Source: a virus
Lineage: Duplodnaviria; Caudoviricetes
DNA: 56,899 nt
Virus record (IMG/VR): IMGVR_UViG_3300031673_009818
Coordinates: 1-56,899 of that record
Reading direction: 5' to 3' (one strand)
Below, piece by piece: positions 8,508-18,774 of this stretch. A program made the translations under genes and the position numbers. The notes beneath the pieces are model-generated. The model had not been told where the DNA came from. It saw nothing but the letters and a program-made list of their open reading frames with translations, and made no database searches. The first letter of the stretch is position 1. Each line of letters opens with the position of its first letter.

Positions 8508-8993
8508 ATGAAAAATAAAATAGAGAAAATAAAGGAATTCATTACTAGTGCGAAAATAGATAAAAGAAAACCTTATAAAACTTATAATGACGAAGTGAAG
8601 AGAAAACCAATTTTTGCAGTTTCATCAAATCACACTGTTAATGAGCATGTTTGTGAAAATTGCAATAATTTTGGTCATAAACACAAAACATGCCACAAAC
8701 ACAACATGACAGTTACAAGCGGAAGCTGGTGTAATCATTTTGATTCATTTAAACAAAATTTCAGAACAATAACAATCCTATCTGGCCCGCCAGAAAGTGG
8801 AAAAACTACAGAATCTATCAAAATGGTAGGAAGTCGAAAATACCAGACTATTAACGGACTTGATCATTTTAAAATTAATTCAGGTACTGAAGTACTAATT
8901 TTTGAAGAAATTATCACCATGAAACAAATTAAACAAATAATAAAAGCCGACTTACCAATTAAGGAAATCATAATTTGTATACAAACTTTATAA
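8508..8993 (+). CDS. Hypothetical protein, Cys/His cluster plus minimal P-loop-like C-terminus
   Basis: CENC...C...C; ILSGPPESGKTT; LIFEE. Confidence 0.6.
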   Translation: MKNKIEKIKEFITSAKIDKRKPYKTYNDEVKRKPIFAVSSNHTVNEHVCENCNNFGHKHKTCHKHNMTVTSGSWCNHFDSFKQNFRTITILSGPPESGKTTESIKMVGSRKYQTINGLDHFKINSGTEVLIFEEIITMKQIKQIIKADLPIKEIIICIQTL

Positions 8994-8994
8994 T

Positions 8995-9225
8995 ATGTCA
9001 AAATCAAAAACTCATATCAAAAGAAGAAAATTAAGTAAGAAGAAATCTTTTATAATTCAATATCGTGAAATTATAAAAATTTCAAAAGCATTAAATTTGG
9101 GAACTGCTATATCTAAAGCTAAAAAATTAGTTGATTATCAGCTTGGTGAATTTAATATAAAATCATTAAAAAGAGTTCTTGCAAACACAAATAGGTCTGA
9201 ATATAAACTTGTTTTTAATGTCTAA
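8995..9225 (+). CDS. Basic hypothetical protein
   Basis: ORF in operon. Confidence 0.55.
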   Translation: MSKSKTHIKRRKLSKKKSFIIQYREIIKISKALNLGTAISKAKKLVDYQLGEFNIKSLKRVLANTNRSEYKLVFNV

Positions 9226-9538
9226 TTTTGGCAGAACAAAAGATAACAAAAAACGGCTTAAATTAAAGTCGTTTTTTAAAAGACTTATCAGGCCCTTTTT
9301 AATTATTGATATTAAGAATTTAAATCAAGAAAACTCTAAGTTGAATGGGGTCATAGGCTCTGGTATTTCTCATCAGGTCAATAAAATTTTAGGTAAAACT
9401 TATACTTTGAAGTCATTGAATGAATATGTTTACCGTAGATGTGAAAAAGTCTTCAAATGGAAACAACAAAGATTCAACAAACAACAATTAACAGGAAAAA
9501 TAATTGTTGAAGGGAAAAAACAATTTAGAATTATATAA
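9218..9538 (+). CDS. Basic hypothetical protein
   Basis: ATG 9218 in frame with track ORF 9179. Confidence 0.55.
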   Translation: MSNFGRTKDNKKRLKLKSFFKRLIRPFLIIDIKNLNQENSKLNGVIGSGISHQVNKILGKTYTLKSLNEYVYRRCEKVFKWKQQRFNKQQLTGKIIVEGKKQFRII

Positions 9539-9539
9539 T

Positions 9540-9803
9540 ATGTCAAAAACAAAAAAAAGGCTTACAAGCCTAGAAGCCCGGGTAAGTAATATTGAAAAAT
9601 CCACCAATGTTACTTTTACGACCTCAACACTAATAGAATATTTGGAAGGTAAAGTTACCTTCAAACTTAGTGCTGAAAATGTCCGTAAAAAAGTTAGAAG
9701 TGGTGAAATTCCATCACTGAAAAGTGAAGGTATCAAAGGCAAACGAATGACCTTTGATAAACTACAAATCGATAAATGGCTGGAAGATGGAAGAAATATA
9801 TAG
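9540..9803 (+). CDS. Excisionase/MerR-like winged-HTH DNA-binding protein
   Basis: LIEYL...SAENVRKKVRSGEIPSLK...KRMTFDKLQIDKWLE. Confidence 0.7.
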   Translation: MSKTKKRLTSLEARVSNIEKSTNVTFTTSTLIEYLEGKVTFKLSAENVRKKVRSGEIPSLKSEGIKGKRMTFDKLQIDKWLEDGRNI

Positions 9804-10347
9804 GTTTAAGAACAGGATAGAATATATCAAGGCGTTGGATAAAATATTGCCTGATAAGTTTGTGCAAGGAAGAGATATTGGAAATGGAAAAACCCATTGT
9901 TATTATCCAATTGGCATTAAGGAAGCCGTTGCTGATGACATATTCCTTGAATGGAATGTGAATGATGAAAAGTACAATGAGTTACGAGGGATGCTAATAT
10001 GTACAATTAAATTAAATTATACACCTTCATATCCGGGGGCTGAAGAATTATTTTGTACTGGATCTGCCGCCGTATTAATCCAAGACAAAAAAAATGCATT
10101 GGAATACCAATTGCCAGCCGTTGAAAGTGAGGCTGTTGGCAGGGCACTAGGTAAACTAGGCAATATATTTGGGCGTAATTTATCAAGAAAATTAAACAAA
10201 AACGTCGCTTTGCCTCCTGATTATACTATTAGAAAGCATGAAATTGCGTCTGATGAAAACCATACAATTGAACCGGATCCTATTGAAAAAGTTGAACCTG
10301 AAAAACCAGTTGAAAAAGTAAAACCAAAAATTGAACTGCCATTCTGA
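9787..10347 (+). CDS. Rad52/Sak-like single-strand annealing protein
   Basis: AVESEAVGRALGKLGNIFGRNL motif; adjacent to exonuclease. Confidence 0.65.
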   Translation: MEEIYRFKNRIEYIKALDKILPDKFVQGRDIGNGKTHCYYPIGIKEAVADDIFLEWNVNDEKYNELRGMLICTIKLNYTPSYPGAEELFCTGSAAVLIQDKKNALEYQLPAVESEAVGRALGKLGNIFGRNLSRKLNKNVALPPDYTIRKHEIASDENHTIEPDPIEKVEPEKPVEKVKPKIELPF

Positions 10348-11102
10348 TGCAAAACATTTTCGAAATACCGATATCAGCATTCGAAGGAATCCAGCCAATT
10401 GAAAGCTCACAACGTACCGACGAATGGCATAAGCAAAGGCTAGGCAAATTCACAGGTTCAAAACTCAAAGAATTAATGGGGTGCACCATATCAACTTCAA
10501 AAATGCCTTGGGATAGACCAGAAAAAATAATTGATTTTGGTGAAACTGCAAAAAAATATGTTTTTTCAAGGGCTAAAGAAAGACAAAGTAGTATAACACT
10601 AATCAGAAGTATAGGTAAAAATGGTGATTTTGGAAAAAATGTAGAGCCTTTAATTTTAGAAATATTGAAAGAAAAATATCCAGGCATGGAATTTAAAGAA
10701 GTTGGATTTATTGAATTTATAAAAGGAATTGCAGGGGCTTCGCCTGATGGACTTATTGATAAATCGCTTGGTTTAGAAATTAAAGCCCCAATGTCTTGGG
10801 AAACTGTCTATACACGAATAGAAACACCATTTGATCAAAAGCATGATGATTTTTGGCAAATTCAAGGTGAAATGTTGGCATTAGATGTGCCTGAATTAAT
10901 GTATGTTGTGGCAGACCCGCCCGAAGACATTTACGAACCAATTATTAAAAACATTAATGAAAAAATAGTTCAGGCTTCGCCAATTCATCAAAAAGCAATT
11001 ATTCAAAGGTGTATGATTGCGAATGATGCAATTAAGCTTTATTTGGATGGTGTTAATTTTCAGGAGGCTATGAGAGTGGCATGTACTGAATTTGAGTTTT
11101 AG
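10347..11102 (+). CDS. YqaJ/lambda-exonuclease family
   Basis: QRTDEWHKQRLGKFTGS; ASPDGL; LEIKAP; QIQGEM. Confidence 0.9.
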   Translation: MQNIFEIPISAFEGIQPIESSQRTDEWHKQRLGKFTGSKLKELMGCTISTSKMPWDRPEKIIDFGETAKKYVFSRAKERQSSITLIRSIGKNGDFGKNVEPLILEILKEKYPGMEFKEVGFIEFIKGIAGASPDGLIDKSLGLEIKAPMSWETVYTRIETPFDQKHDDFWQIQGEMLALDVPELMYVVADPPEDIYEPIIKNINEKIVQASPIHQKAIIQRCMIANDAIKLYLDGVNFQEAMRVACTEFEF

Positions 11103-11272
11103 AAAAACATTAAGCACCGCCTAGATTAACGATCCTTGTCCGGATGTACTAGTTTTAATGCCTTGTATAGGTTAGAAGTGAGGCGGTGGAGGCTAATACC
11201 CCTTTCATAGACACTTCGTAATTAATTCAGGACTGACCCCGATAATTCGGGTTAATCTTAAAAAATAATCTT

Positions 11273-11488
11273 ATGGAAAAAATAAAAATAATAAACTTAA
11301 AATTAAGCGATTCACCTGAAATTGCAATTGAAAAAACAGTTGTATTATTTGAAATAGTTGACCAATCACCAATTCAAAAATGGAATTTGTGGCATGAATC
11401 AAATAAACAAAAAACAATTAAATTAAAAGAAAAATTAACATGCAAAAAACTTATTGAATTAGGTTATTTGTGCAATCTTAAAAAATAA
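11273..11488 (+). CDS. Hypothetical protein
   Basis: ORF with AATCTTATG start. Confidence 0.65.
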   Translation: MEKIKIINLKLSDSPEIAIEKTVVLFEIVDQSPIQKWNLWHESNKQKTIKLKEKLTCKKLIELGYLCNLKK

Positions 11489-11492
11489 TCTT

Positions 11493-11726
11493 ATGAATTT
11501 TAATTTTGATAATTTCAGAAAACAAACAGTTGAATATTTCAATGAAATAGTTGATATAATCAACAGTTCTAATAATGAAGATGGTAATTTAATCATTCAG
11601 GATATTGATTCTTTGAATGATGCAATGAAAGGTTTGAGACAAAAAATAGTTATATTGACTTGTATTGAAGATGAAAAAGAAAATATACATTGTTTAAATA
11701 TTGATGTTAAAAAAATAAAAATTTAA
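11493..11726 (+). CDS. Hypothetical protein
   Basis: ORF with AATCTTATG start. Confidence 0.65.
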   Translation: MNFNFDNFRKQTVEYFNEIVDIINSSNNEDGNLIIQDIDSLNDAMKGLRQKIVILTCIEDEKENIHCLNIDVKKIKI

Positions 11727-11846
11727 TCAAAATGAAAACATTTATAAAATTACTACGGGTATGCATACCAGCCATTATTTCAATGGTGTTTGAAATAATT
11801 TATAAATTAATCACAAAGCGGTATTATCAATTTAAAAAATAACCCC

Positions 11847-13526
11847 ATGAAAGAAGTAAAAATAATAGGCCTTAAATTAAATCATTCGCTCGGAATAGTT
11901 CAGGCATGTAATTTAGTTTTTGACGAAGAAAACAGGCTAATAATTTTCAAAGGCGGAGTTGGTGATGGTAAAACCACTATGCAAAAAGCTTTGCAACTAG
12001 GCACGCAAGGCAGCAAAACATTAGTTGATAATGACCTGTATGGTGATATTGATGAGGAAGTTCCGTTATTGGATGGTGATTTTCCTATTTGGGTTGGTTG
12101 TAGGTCGAAAGACAAAAAACTACAATATACCCTATATACAAAAGATGCCAACGGGAAAAAAGTAAAAAATCCTATAATTGATGGGGCTGAAGCTACACCA
12201 GCCAAATATTTGGAAGCCTTACAAACGGAACTCACTTGGAAAATGGATGAGTTGACCAGCGAAAACCCATCAATTCAAAAGAAAATCCTTTTGAAATTAT
12301 ATCAACACGGACTTAAAAAAATCGGAATTATTTTTGATAAGATGCACCCCGATTATAAAAAAAGCATTTTAGGACAAATTGATGAAGCTGTCAATGATAG
12401 GGACATGGCAGATATGATCCGCAAACAAAAAGGTGGTATTGCTGATGATTTAAAAGCAAAAGGTCATGATCCTGATAGGCCTGAAACTTGCCCTGATGAA
12501 ATCAAAATTGAAGAAATTGAGCAAAATATAAAAGCACTTGAAAAGGAAAAAACACAAAAGGAAACCAATTCCGAAAGTGTAAGGGATAAGGATTTGGCCG
12601 AAATTAAGTCAAGTGCTCAGGAAATGGTCAATCGGTGTTTGCATTATAATAAGGATTTGAAAGATGGGTATGATGAATTAGAATTAGAATTTAATCAAAA
12701 TCAAGAAACGTATACTTTCATCAATTCACATTTAATTAAAATTGGTGAATCATTAGAAAAATTAGAAATAAAAGATTGGGAAAAAATTCATGCTGATATA
12801 GAAAAAAAGGTAAAATATCCTAAAGAAATGGATAAACCCAAAACCCCAACCTACATAAAAATAGACCAAAAAAATCAAGTTGAAAGTGATAATCTGAAAG
12901 ACTTAGACGAAAAAGCTAAAATGTTAGTCAATAACATCTTAAGACTTCGTGAAAAATACATAACCAAATATTCAGAGCAAAAAGAATTTGACTCAACTAA
13001 AATCGATGAAAGTATTAAGCAATTAGAGCTTTCAAAGTTGGCTGCATTGGAAAACAACAAAATAGTTGATGCGATTGACTCATTTCACAAATGGAGGGAT
13101 GCAAATGCTCAGGTAGTTGATTTAAAAAATCAGTATATAAAGTTACTTGCACAAGTAGACACTGGGGTTGAAGGTTTTAAAATTGTTCCTGATGATGATC
13201 AAATATATGGCATGTATGATGGTAGTTACGACCCTAAATATTTCGGCAATCCAAACAAAGAACTTAGAAAATTGTCTTCCTATTCCGGTACTCAAAAACC
13301 AGTCATTTGCCTTTTGATTCAAAATTACCTTCTATCAAAAAAGGAAAAGGCAATGCGATACATGTATATCGATAATATTCCTATCGATAATAAGACCAGG
13401 GCACTAATCGAAAAAATGTGCATTGACTTGAATTTGAGGGTTTTCTTGAATATTACAGGGGACTTTTCAAAAGATGGGTTGGTTAATGGTGAAATTTTGA
13501 TTGAAGGAGGGGAGGTTTTCTTTTGA
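11847..13526 (+). CDS. SMC/Rad50-like coiled-coil ATPase
   Basis: Walker A GGVGDGKTT, long coiled coil, signature-like YSGTQK, Walker B YMYIDN. Confidence 0.75.
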   Translation: MKEVKIIGLKLNHSLGIVQACNLVFDEENRLIIFKGGVGDGKTTMQKALQLGTQGSKTLVDNDLYGDIDEEVPLLDGDFPIWVGCRSKDKKLQYTLYTKDANGKKVKNPIIDGAEATPAKYLEALQTELTWKMDELTSENPSIQKKILLKLYQHGLKKIGIIFDKMHPDYKKSILGQIDEAVNDRDMADMIRKQKGGIADDLKAKGHDPDRPETCPDEIKIEEIEQNIKALEKEKTQKETNSESVRDKDLAEIKSSAQEMVNRCLHYNKDLKDGYDELELEFNQNQETYTFINSHLIKIGESLEKLEIKDWEKIHADIEKKVKYPKEMDKPKTPTYIKIDQKNQVESDNLKDLDEKAKMLVNNILRLREKYITKYSEQKEFDSTKIDESIKQLELSKLAALENNKIVDAIDSFHKWRDANAQVVDLKNQYIKLLAQVDTGVEGFKIVPDDDQIYGMYDGSYDPKYFGNPNKELRKLSSYSGTQKPVICLLIQNYLLSKKEKAMRYMYIDNIPIDNKTRALIEKMCIDLNLRVFLNITGDFSKDGLVNGEILIEGGEVFF

Positions 13527-14107
13527 TGAAGAAATACAACATAATTTATGCAGATCCTCCATGGTCATACAATAAAAAAATAGGGCAAGGCGTCGCAGAT
13601 GATATTTACGAGACTATGACAACAAGTGAAATTAAAGACTTGTCAATTCAGGAATTAATTGCAGATGATTGTTTTTTATTCATATGGGTTACTTTTCCAA
13701 TGCTGAAAGATGGCCTTGAAGTTATTGACGCCTGGGGGTTTAAATATAAAACAATAGGTTTTAATTGGATAAAAACTAATAAACGTCAAAATTTAAATCA
13801 ATCATCATTTTTACCAATTGATTTTATCGATGTTTTTTTTGGTCTTGGACATTATACTAGATCTAACTCAGAAATATGCCTGATTGGCAAAAAAGGAAAT
13901 CCAAAAATAATTAATAATACTATTTCAAGTATAGTCATCTCACCATTACAAAAACATAGCAAAAAACCAGACGAAGTAAGATCTAAAATCATAAAGCTAT
14001 GTGGTGATTTGCCACGCTTAGAAATGTTTGCAAGGCAATCTATAAATGGATGGGATGCATTTGGAAATGAAGTGGAAAATAGTATTGAAATACCTAATAT
14101 TAAATAA
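13526..14107 (+). CDS. MT-A70 family N6-adenine methyltransferase
   Basis: IYADPPW; FIWVT; HSKKPD; LEMFAR. Confidence 0.92.
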   Translation: MKKYNIIYADPPWSYNKKIGQGVADDIYETMTTSEIKDLSIQELIADDCFLFIWVTFPMLKDGLEVIDAWGFKYKTIGFNWIKTNKRQNLNQSSFLPIDFIDVFFGLGHYTRSNSEICLIGKKGNPKIINNTISSIVISPLQKHSKKPDEVRSKIIKLCGDLPRLEMFARQSINGWDAFGNEVENSIEIPNIK

Positions 14108-14121
14108 CCAACACTATTCTA

Positions 14122-14922
14122 ATGATATTAAGAAGATTAGGCAACAAAAAGAAAATAGCCAAACAAATACAGGCTCATTTTCCACCTCACAAAATCTATA
14201 TCGAGCCATTTTTTGGTGCAGGCGGAATGTTTTTCAATAAGCCCAAAGCAAAATACAATATTGTTAATGACCTTGATTCCGATGTATTTAATTTATTTCA
14301 GGTGGTAATAAACCAAAAAAAAGAACTTGAAAAGGCTTTTTATATTATGCCTATTCATTCTGATTTATTGAAGTACTGGAAAAAGAATTTGGAAGTTGAT
14401 CCTATTATGAAGGCTTTGAGGTTTTTGTTTTTGAGTAACTTTACTTATTTGGGAAAACAAGATACAATAAAATACTCACTCAGGCAACAAGACAAAGAAA
14501 TGTTTTTTAAAAATATAGATGCAACTTTTGATAGGCTTTCAAATGTAAAATTTAATAATTGCGATTTTAGGAGATTCTTTAAAAGCTTATCATTTACTGA
14601 TATTGATTACGGTAAACTTTCTTTTGAGCGTGAAAAAACATTTTTTTATTCTGATGGCCCTTATTTAAACTCAGTTGATACCTATAAAGATTCTGATACA
14701 TGGATAGAAAAAGACTGTAGTGATTTATTTAATTGTTTGCAGGGGACTAAATGCAAATATGCAATGTCTGAATTCAATCATCCATTCATATTAGAACAAG
14801 TCAAAGAACGAAACTTAAATGTAATAACTATTGGAGAGCGCCAAAATCTAAAAAACAGAAGAATTGAAATACTTGTAACAAATTATGAAAATATACAAGG
14901 TAGATTATTTCCAATACACTGA
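14122..14922 (+). CDS. Dam-like (D12 class) DNA adenine methyltransferase, DGPY variant
   Basis: GNKKKIA; YIEPFFGAGG; VNDLD; FYSDGPY where DPPY is expected. Confidence 0.85.
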   Translation: MILRRLGNKKKIAKQIQAHFPPHKIYIEPFFGAGGMFFNKPKAKYNIVNDLDSDVFNLFQVVINQKKELEKAFYIMPIHSDLLKYWKKNLEVDPIMKALRFLFLSNFTYLGKQDTIKYSLRQQDKEMFFKNIDATFDRLSNVKFNNCDFRRFFKSLSFTDIDYGKLSFEREKTFFYSDGPYLNSVDTYKDSDTWIEKDCSDLFNCLQGTKCKYAMSEFNHPFILEQVKERNLNVITIGERQNLKNRRIEILVTNYENIQGRLFPIH

Positions 14923-15080
14923 TAACAAGACAATTACAAACACATCACAACAAAGAAACAACTAATAACAACTAATAACATATAACATACTGATACACAG
15001 CATGTTATATGTCCATTAGAATCACATATAATAATTTTGATGTACAATTGTGTATCACATCGCAAGGAAAATGAGTTAAA
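14920..15080 (+). repeat. Dispersed 161-bp element, copy 2
   Basis: Gapless alignment to other copies. Confidence 0.92.
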
Positions 15081-15090
15081 TAGTTAATAA

Positions 15091-15375
15091 ATGAAACACA
15101 AAATAATAATATATAAACAATCAACAGCATTTTACTTTCCAAAAGAAGATGGTGAAAAGCTAAAAGATGAATTAAACAAAATATCCATTCTAAGGAATTA
15201 TATACTTGATTGGGATACCAATAGGTTTGTAATGAAATATCCTTTAACCCAGCAAATGAAAAGTGATATTTTGAGTATTTTTGAAACACCAAACCAAGCC
15301 AACGAAAAAGAAATTAAAATAATAAGGGGGCATAGCGGATGTTTGATAACAGGACACGGATTAGTTTGGAAGTAA
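15091..15375 (+). CDS. Hypothetical protein
   Basis: ATG ORF. Confidence 0.6.
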   Translation: MKHKIIIYKQSTAFYFPKEDGEKLKDELNKISILRNYILDWDTNRFVMKYPLTQQMKSDILSIFETPNQANEKEIKIIRGHSGCLITGHGLVWK

Positions 15376-15687
15376 AAATAATGGCAATTCATTTTATTAT
15401 TGATACTATTGATAAGTTGATGGAAGATGCTAATTTAATAGACCAACTATATTTCGCTGAAAGAAGGGATTTTAATCTTATAAAACTTGGAGTATGTATG
15501 AAGCTTTCGAAAAAGTAAGGAAATCAATACTTACATGCAAAACAAAAAAACAGCTCTTAAATGCAAGAAAATTGGCTGTTTACTTTTATAGGATTTATGA
15601 ATCTAAGGAGCTTTTCGAGTCAATTAGTAGGGTTTATTCTGTTAAAATGGGAGATTTTGAATGGTTTTAAACTAAAAAATAATAAAA

Positions 15688-15957
15688 ATGAAAAAACCAA
15701 ATTATGATTTAATCTTAAAATCAAAGATAGATTATTATGGTGAAACCAGAGCTGCCTATGACTTTGCAGCTAATGAATATGCATTTCAAAAAGTAGAATA
15801 CTATAAGATGCATGGTTCCGTATTAAATGAAATGACTAAAAAAGAAAAAGAACGATTAGTTAGTTTGCTTACAAGTCGTTATAATGTTGATGAACTTAAC
15901 GAATTGTGCAACTTGCTTAAAAAAGATGGATGTAAAATTGATTTTAAATGGTTTTAG
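15688..15957 (+). CDS. Hypothetical protein
   Basis: ATG ORF with A-rich leader. Confidence 0.65.
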   Translation: MKKPNYDLILKSKIDYYGETRAAYDFAANEYAFQKVEYYKMHGSVLNEMTKKEKERLVSLLTSRYNVDELNELCNLLKKDGCKIDFKWF

Positions 15958-17552
15958 AAACTTATCTACAAACATTAGGCAGTAGAGACTATCAAATAAA
16001 AGCAATAAAAGATATTTATTCTTTTTTTGAAAAGGGCGGAGTACACCCAATATTGCAAGCACCTACTGGTTCTGGAAAAACATTTATTTTTACTTTAATT
16101 TCAAAACTAGTAACCAAAAAAAATAAAAAAGTACTAATATTAACCGATAGGGCTGAACTATTGCAGCAAGCAGGAGGTTCTTTGAAAAGAATTGGATTAG
16201 AATCAAGTTATATAATAGCTGGTTCAAAAATCATTAATCAATCGTTTAATTGTTATGTGGCAATGTCTCAAACATTAAGGCGAAGGGTTGAGCTTGATTA
16301 TTGGATTAAATTTTTGCAAAGTATTGATTTATTAATAATTGATGAATGCCATAAACAAGAGTTCAATTATATATTTGAAAGCGGATTATTTGACAAAAAA
16401 CATGTAATCGGATTCACGGCAACTCCTCGCAGAACAGGAAAACAACGCCAATTAGCATTAGATTACGAAACAATAATTGAAACCATATCAGTTCGTGAAC
16501 TAATAAATCAAGAATATCTTGTCAATGATGATTATTATGGTTTTGGCGCCCCCGACCTGTCTGATGTTGAGTTTGATTATATCAAAGGTGATTATAAGGA
16601 AAGTTCCCTTTTCAAAAAATTCAACAATCCAAAAACCTACTCAGGAGCAATAAAAGCATATCAAAAACATGTTCCTGATACAAAAACAATTTGTTTCTGT
16701 ATAAATATTGAGCACTGTATAAGAACAGCCATTGAATTTAATAAAAATGGAATTGCTGCAAAATTTATAGTTTCGGATTTGGCAAAACCAAAAATACCGG
16801 AAAATGACAATCCCGGAAAAATGGCCCAATATGAAGAAAGAAAAAAAGTTTATGATTTATTACAAGAAAATAAGCATTTAACCGGCCCACGAAAAGAAAT
16901 ATTTACAGATTTTAGAAATGATAAATTTAAGATTTTGATTAATGCCGGGATAGCCACAACGGGATATGATGAACCTAGCTTAGTGACTGTAATTGTGTTA
17001 CGCGCCACATTATCAACAACTTTATGGCTGCAAATGTTAGGCAGGGGCTCACGGCCATTTGATTTTAAAACCCACTTTAATATTTTTGATTTTGGTGGAA
17101 ATGCTGAAAGATTAGGACATTATACAGAAGATAGATTATGGTGTTTATGGCACGAACAGTTCGAAGGCGAAGGTTTGCCGCCAGTTAAGGAATGTGGAAT
17201 CGATAACAAAGGCAAGCCAATTACTGACAAGCCGGGTTGTAGACGGCCAATTTTAGCAGCTTACAAAATATGTCCTTTTTGTGGTTTTATCTACCCTGAC
17301 AAAGAACACAAAGAAATTGATATTGACTTAATTATATTTGACCAACAAATGAAACGATCAATTAAAACTAAACGACTTAAGGATATGTCTTTTCAGGAAT
17401 TACATGATTATCGAAAAATAAAGGGCCATCAAATGGCTTGGTTGTGGAGGCAATTATGGTATCGAAATGGTGAAAAGGGTATTAGGGAATTTGGGAAACA
17501 ATTTAAATGGTCGAGTGCAACTGTTGATAAGGCGGTTGGGTTTATGAAGTGA
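15948..17552 (+). CDS. Superfamily II DExH helicase (RadD/YejH-like) with C-terminal zinc finger
   Basis: APTGSGKT, DECH, TAT, TTGYD, QMLGRGSR, CPFCG. Confidence 0.92.
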   Translation: MVLETYLQTLGSRDYQIKAIKDIYSFFEKGGVHPILQAPTGSGKTFIFTLISKLVTKKNKKVLILTDRAELLQQAGGSLKRIGLESSYIIAGSKIINQSFNCYVAMSQTLRRRVELDYWIKFLQSIDLLIIDECHKQEFNYIFESGLFDKKHVIGFTATPRRTGKQRQLALDYETIIETISVRELINQEYLVNDDYYGFGAPDLSDVEFDYIKGDYKESSLFKKFNNPKTYSGAIKAYQKHVPDTKTICFCINIEHCIRTAIEFNKNGIAAKFIVSDLAKPKIPENDNPGKMAQYEERKKVYDLLQENKHLTGPRKEIFTDFRNDKFKILINAGIATTGYDEPSLVTVIVLRATLSTTLWLQMLGRGSRPFDFKTHFNIFDFGGNAERLGHYTEDRLWCLWHEQFEGEGLPPVKECGIDNKGKPITDKPGCRRPILAAYKICPFCGFIYPDKEHKEIDIDLIIFDQQMKRSIKTKRLKDMSFQELHDYRKIKGHQMAWLWRQLWYRNGEKGIREFGKQFKWSSATVDKAVGFMK

Positions 17553-17564
17553 ATGAAACTTTTA

Positions 17565-17596
17565 TTTGCACAACACAATATAAAGTATTATCTTTG
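17565..17596 (+). promoter_or_regulatory. Promoter of antirepressor gene
   Basis: TTTG-N20-TATCTTTG. Confidence 0.7.
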
Positions 17597-17618
17597 GGTT
17601 TAATGTAAGATATAAAGT

Positions 17619-18389
17619 ATGCTTGTAATAAATAAAGATGGGTTTGTTTTTGGTGAAGAAATACACAAAGTTGTTGAAAGTAAAACTAAAAAATATGAAG
17701 TTTGGTTAAAAAGAAGGCTGTTTGATGCCGACTTAACTAAAGAAAAAGACTTTGTTACAATTTTGTTACAAAGTACAGGTGGTAGACCAAAAATGCAATA
17801 TCGATTCACATTAGATGCCGCAAAAGAAATATGTTTACTAGAACGAAACAAAAAAGGCAAGGAGTTAAGAAGGTGGTTAATAAATGAAGGCAAAAAGCGT
17901 GAAAATTTAGAATATATCACACCGAAAGAAGCGGCTTTAGCTTATGAGTATATTAACTTTTTCAAGTATATTGAAAATCAAAAGAAAGCTTTAAACATGC
18001 ATAAAGATTCATTTATAAAAAACAATCCGATTAGTAAATATGTTTTTGCTGAATTTGCAAAATACCGTGCAAACATCATTGGTTGGAATAAATCAAAAGT
18101 TGATGAAGAAATTAAAAAATATCTTACTACCCATGCCGGGCACAATTTCACCAAATTGATGAAATTGTCAATGTCTGACAAATTAAGCATATTAGATGTA
18201 AATGAAGCAATCAGGGTATCTATACTTGATTTGTTATTTAGCAAAGGTACTGAGCCTGAAATGGCTAATAAATTTGCAAATATGGTTAAAAATGTGAGTA
18301 AGGAAATGGAAGTACTGGCTTTACGTAAAAACGAAAATAATTTATTTCAGCATAAAGAAGAAATTAAGCTTAAATCAATAAAAAACTAA
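17619..18389 (+). CDS. AntA/AntB-family antirepressor-like protein
   Basis: STGGRPKMQYRFTLDAAKEICLLERNKKGKELRRWLI. Confidence 0.8.
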   Translation: MLVINKDGFVFGEEIHKVVESKTKKYEVWLKRRLFDADLTKEKDFVTILLQSTGGRPKMQYRFTLDAAKEICLLERNKKGKELRRWLINEGKKRENLEYITPKEAALAYEYINFFKYIENQKKALNMHKDSFIKNNPISKYVFAEFAKYRANIIGWNKSKVDEEIKKYLTTHAGHNFTKLMKLSMSDKLSILDVNEAIRVSILDLLFSKGTEPEMANKFANMVKNVSKEMEVLALRKNENNLFQHKEEIKLKSIKN

Positions 18390-18524
18390 TACAATTTAAC
18401 GAAAGAAAAAAACAACAATGAAAACCCTACTAGCAATAACCATATACGTAAACTTCCAAAAAGTAATCATCTTCATTTTGATTGTATGTGTTGTGATTTG
18501 GATAAGGAAAAAATTTAAAAAATA

Positions 18525-18770
18525 ATGTACGACTCACAAAAAAAATACCGTTCCGACCGTCTCCAAAACTTCAAACAAATATGGTTACCTATTTTAAAAA
18601 TGGAATTTGAAGTAACTGAGCGTGAAAATGGTTCTATTACATTTGAGGTTTTAGGATATGGAATAATTGATTTTTTCCCAAAAGCAAATAATTTGCTTAT
18701 TCGAAAAGACAGTAAATGGAAAAAGCCTGGTTTAAAATGGCTTATTGAAAATATAATTGATAAATTATAA
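18525..18770 (+). CDS. Hypothetical protein
   Basis: ATG ORF. Confidence 0.65.
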   Translation: MYDSQKKYRSDRLQNFKQIWLPILKMEFEVTERENGSITFEVLGYGIIDFFPKANNLLIRKDSKWKKPGLKWLIENIIDKL

Positions 18771-18774
18771 TCTT

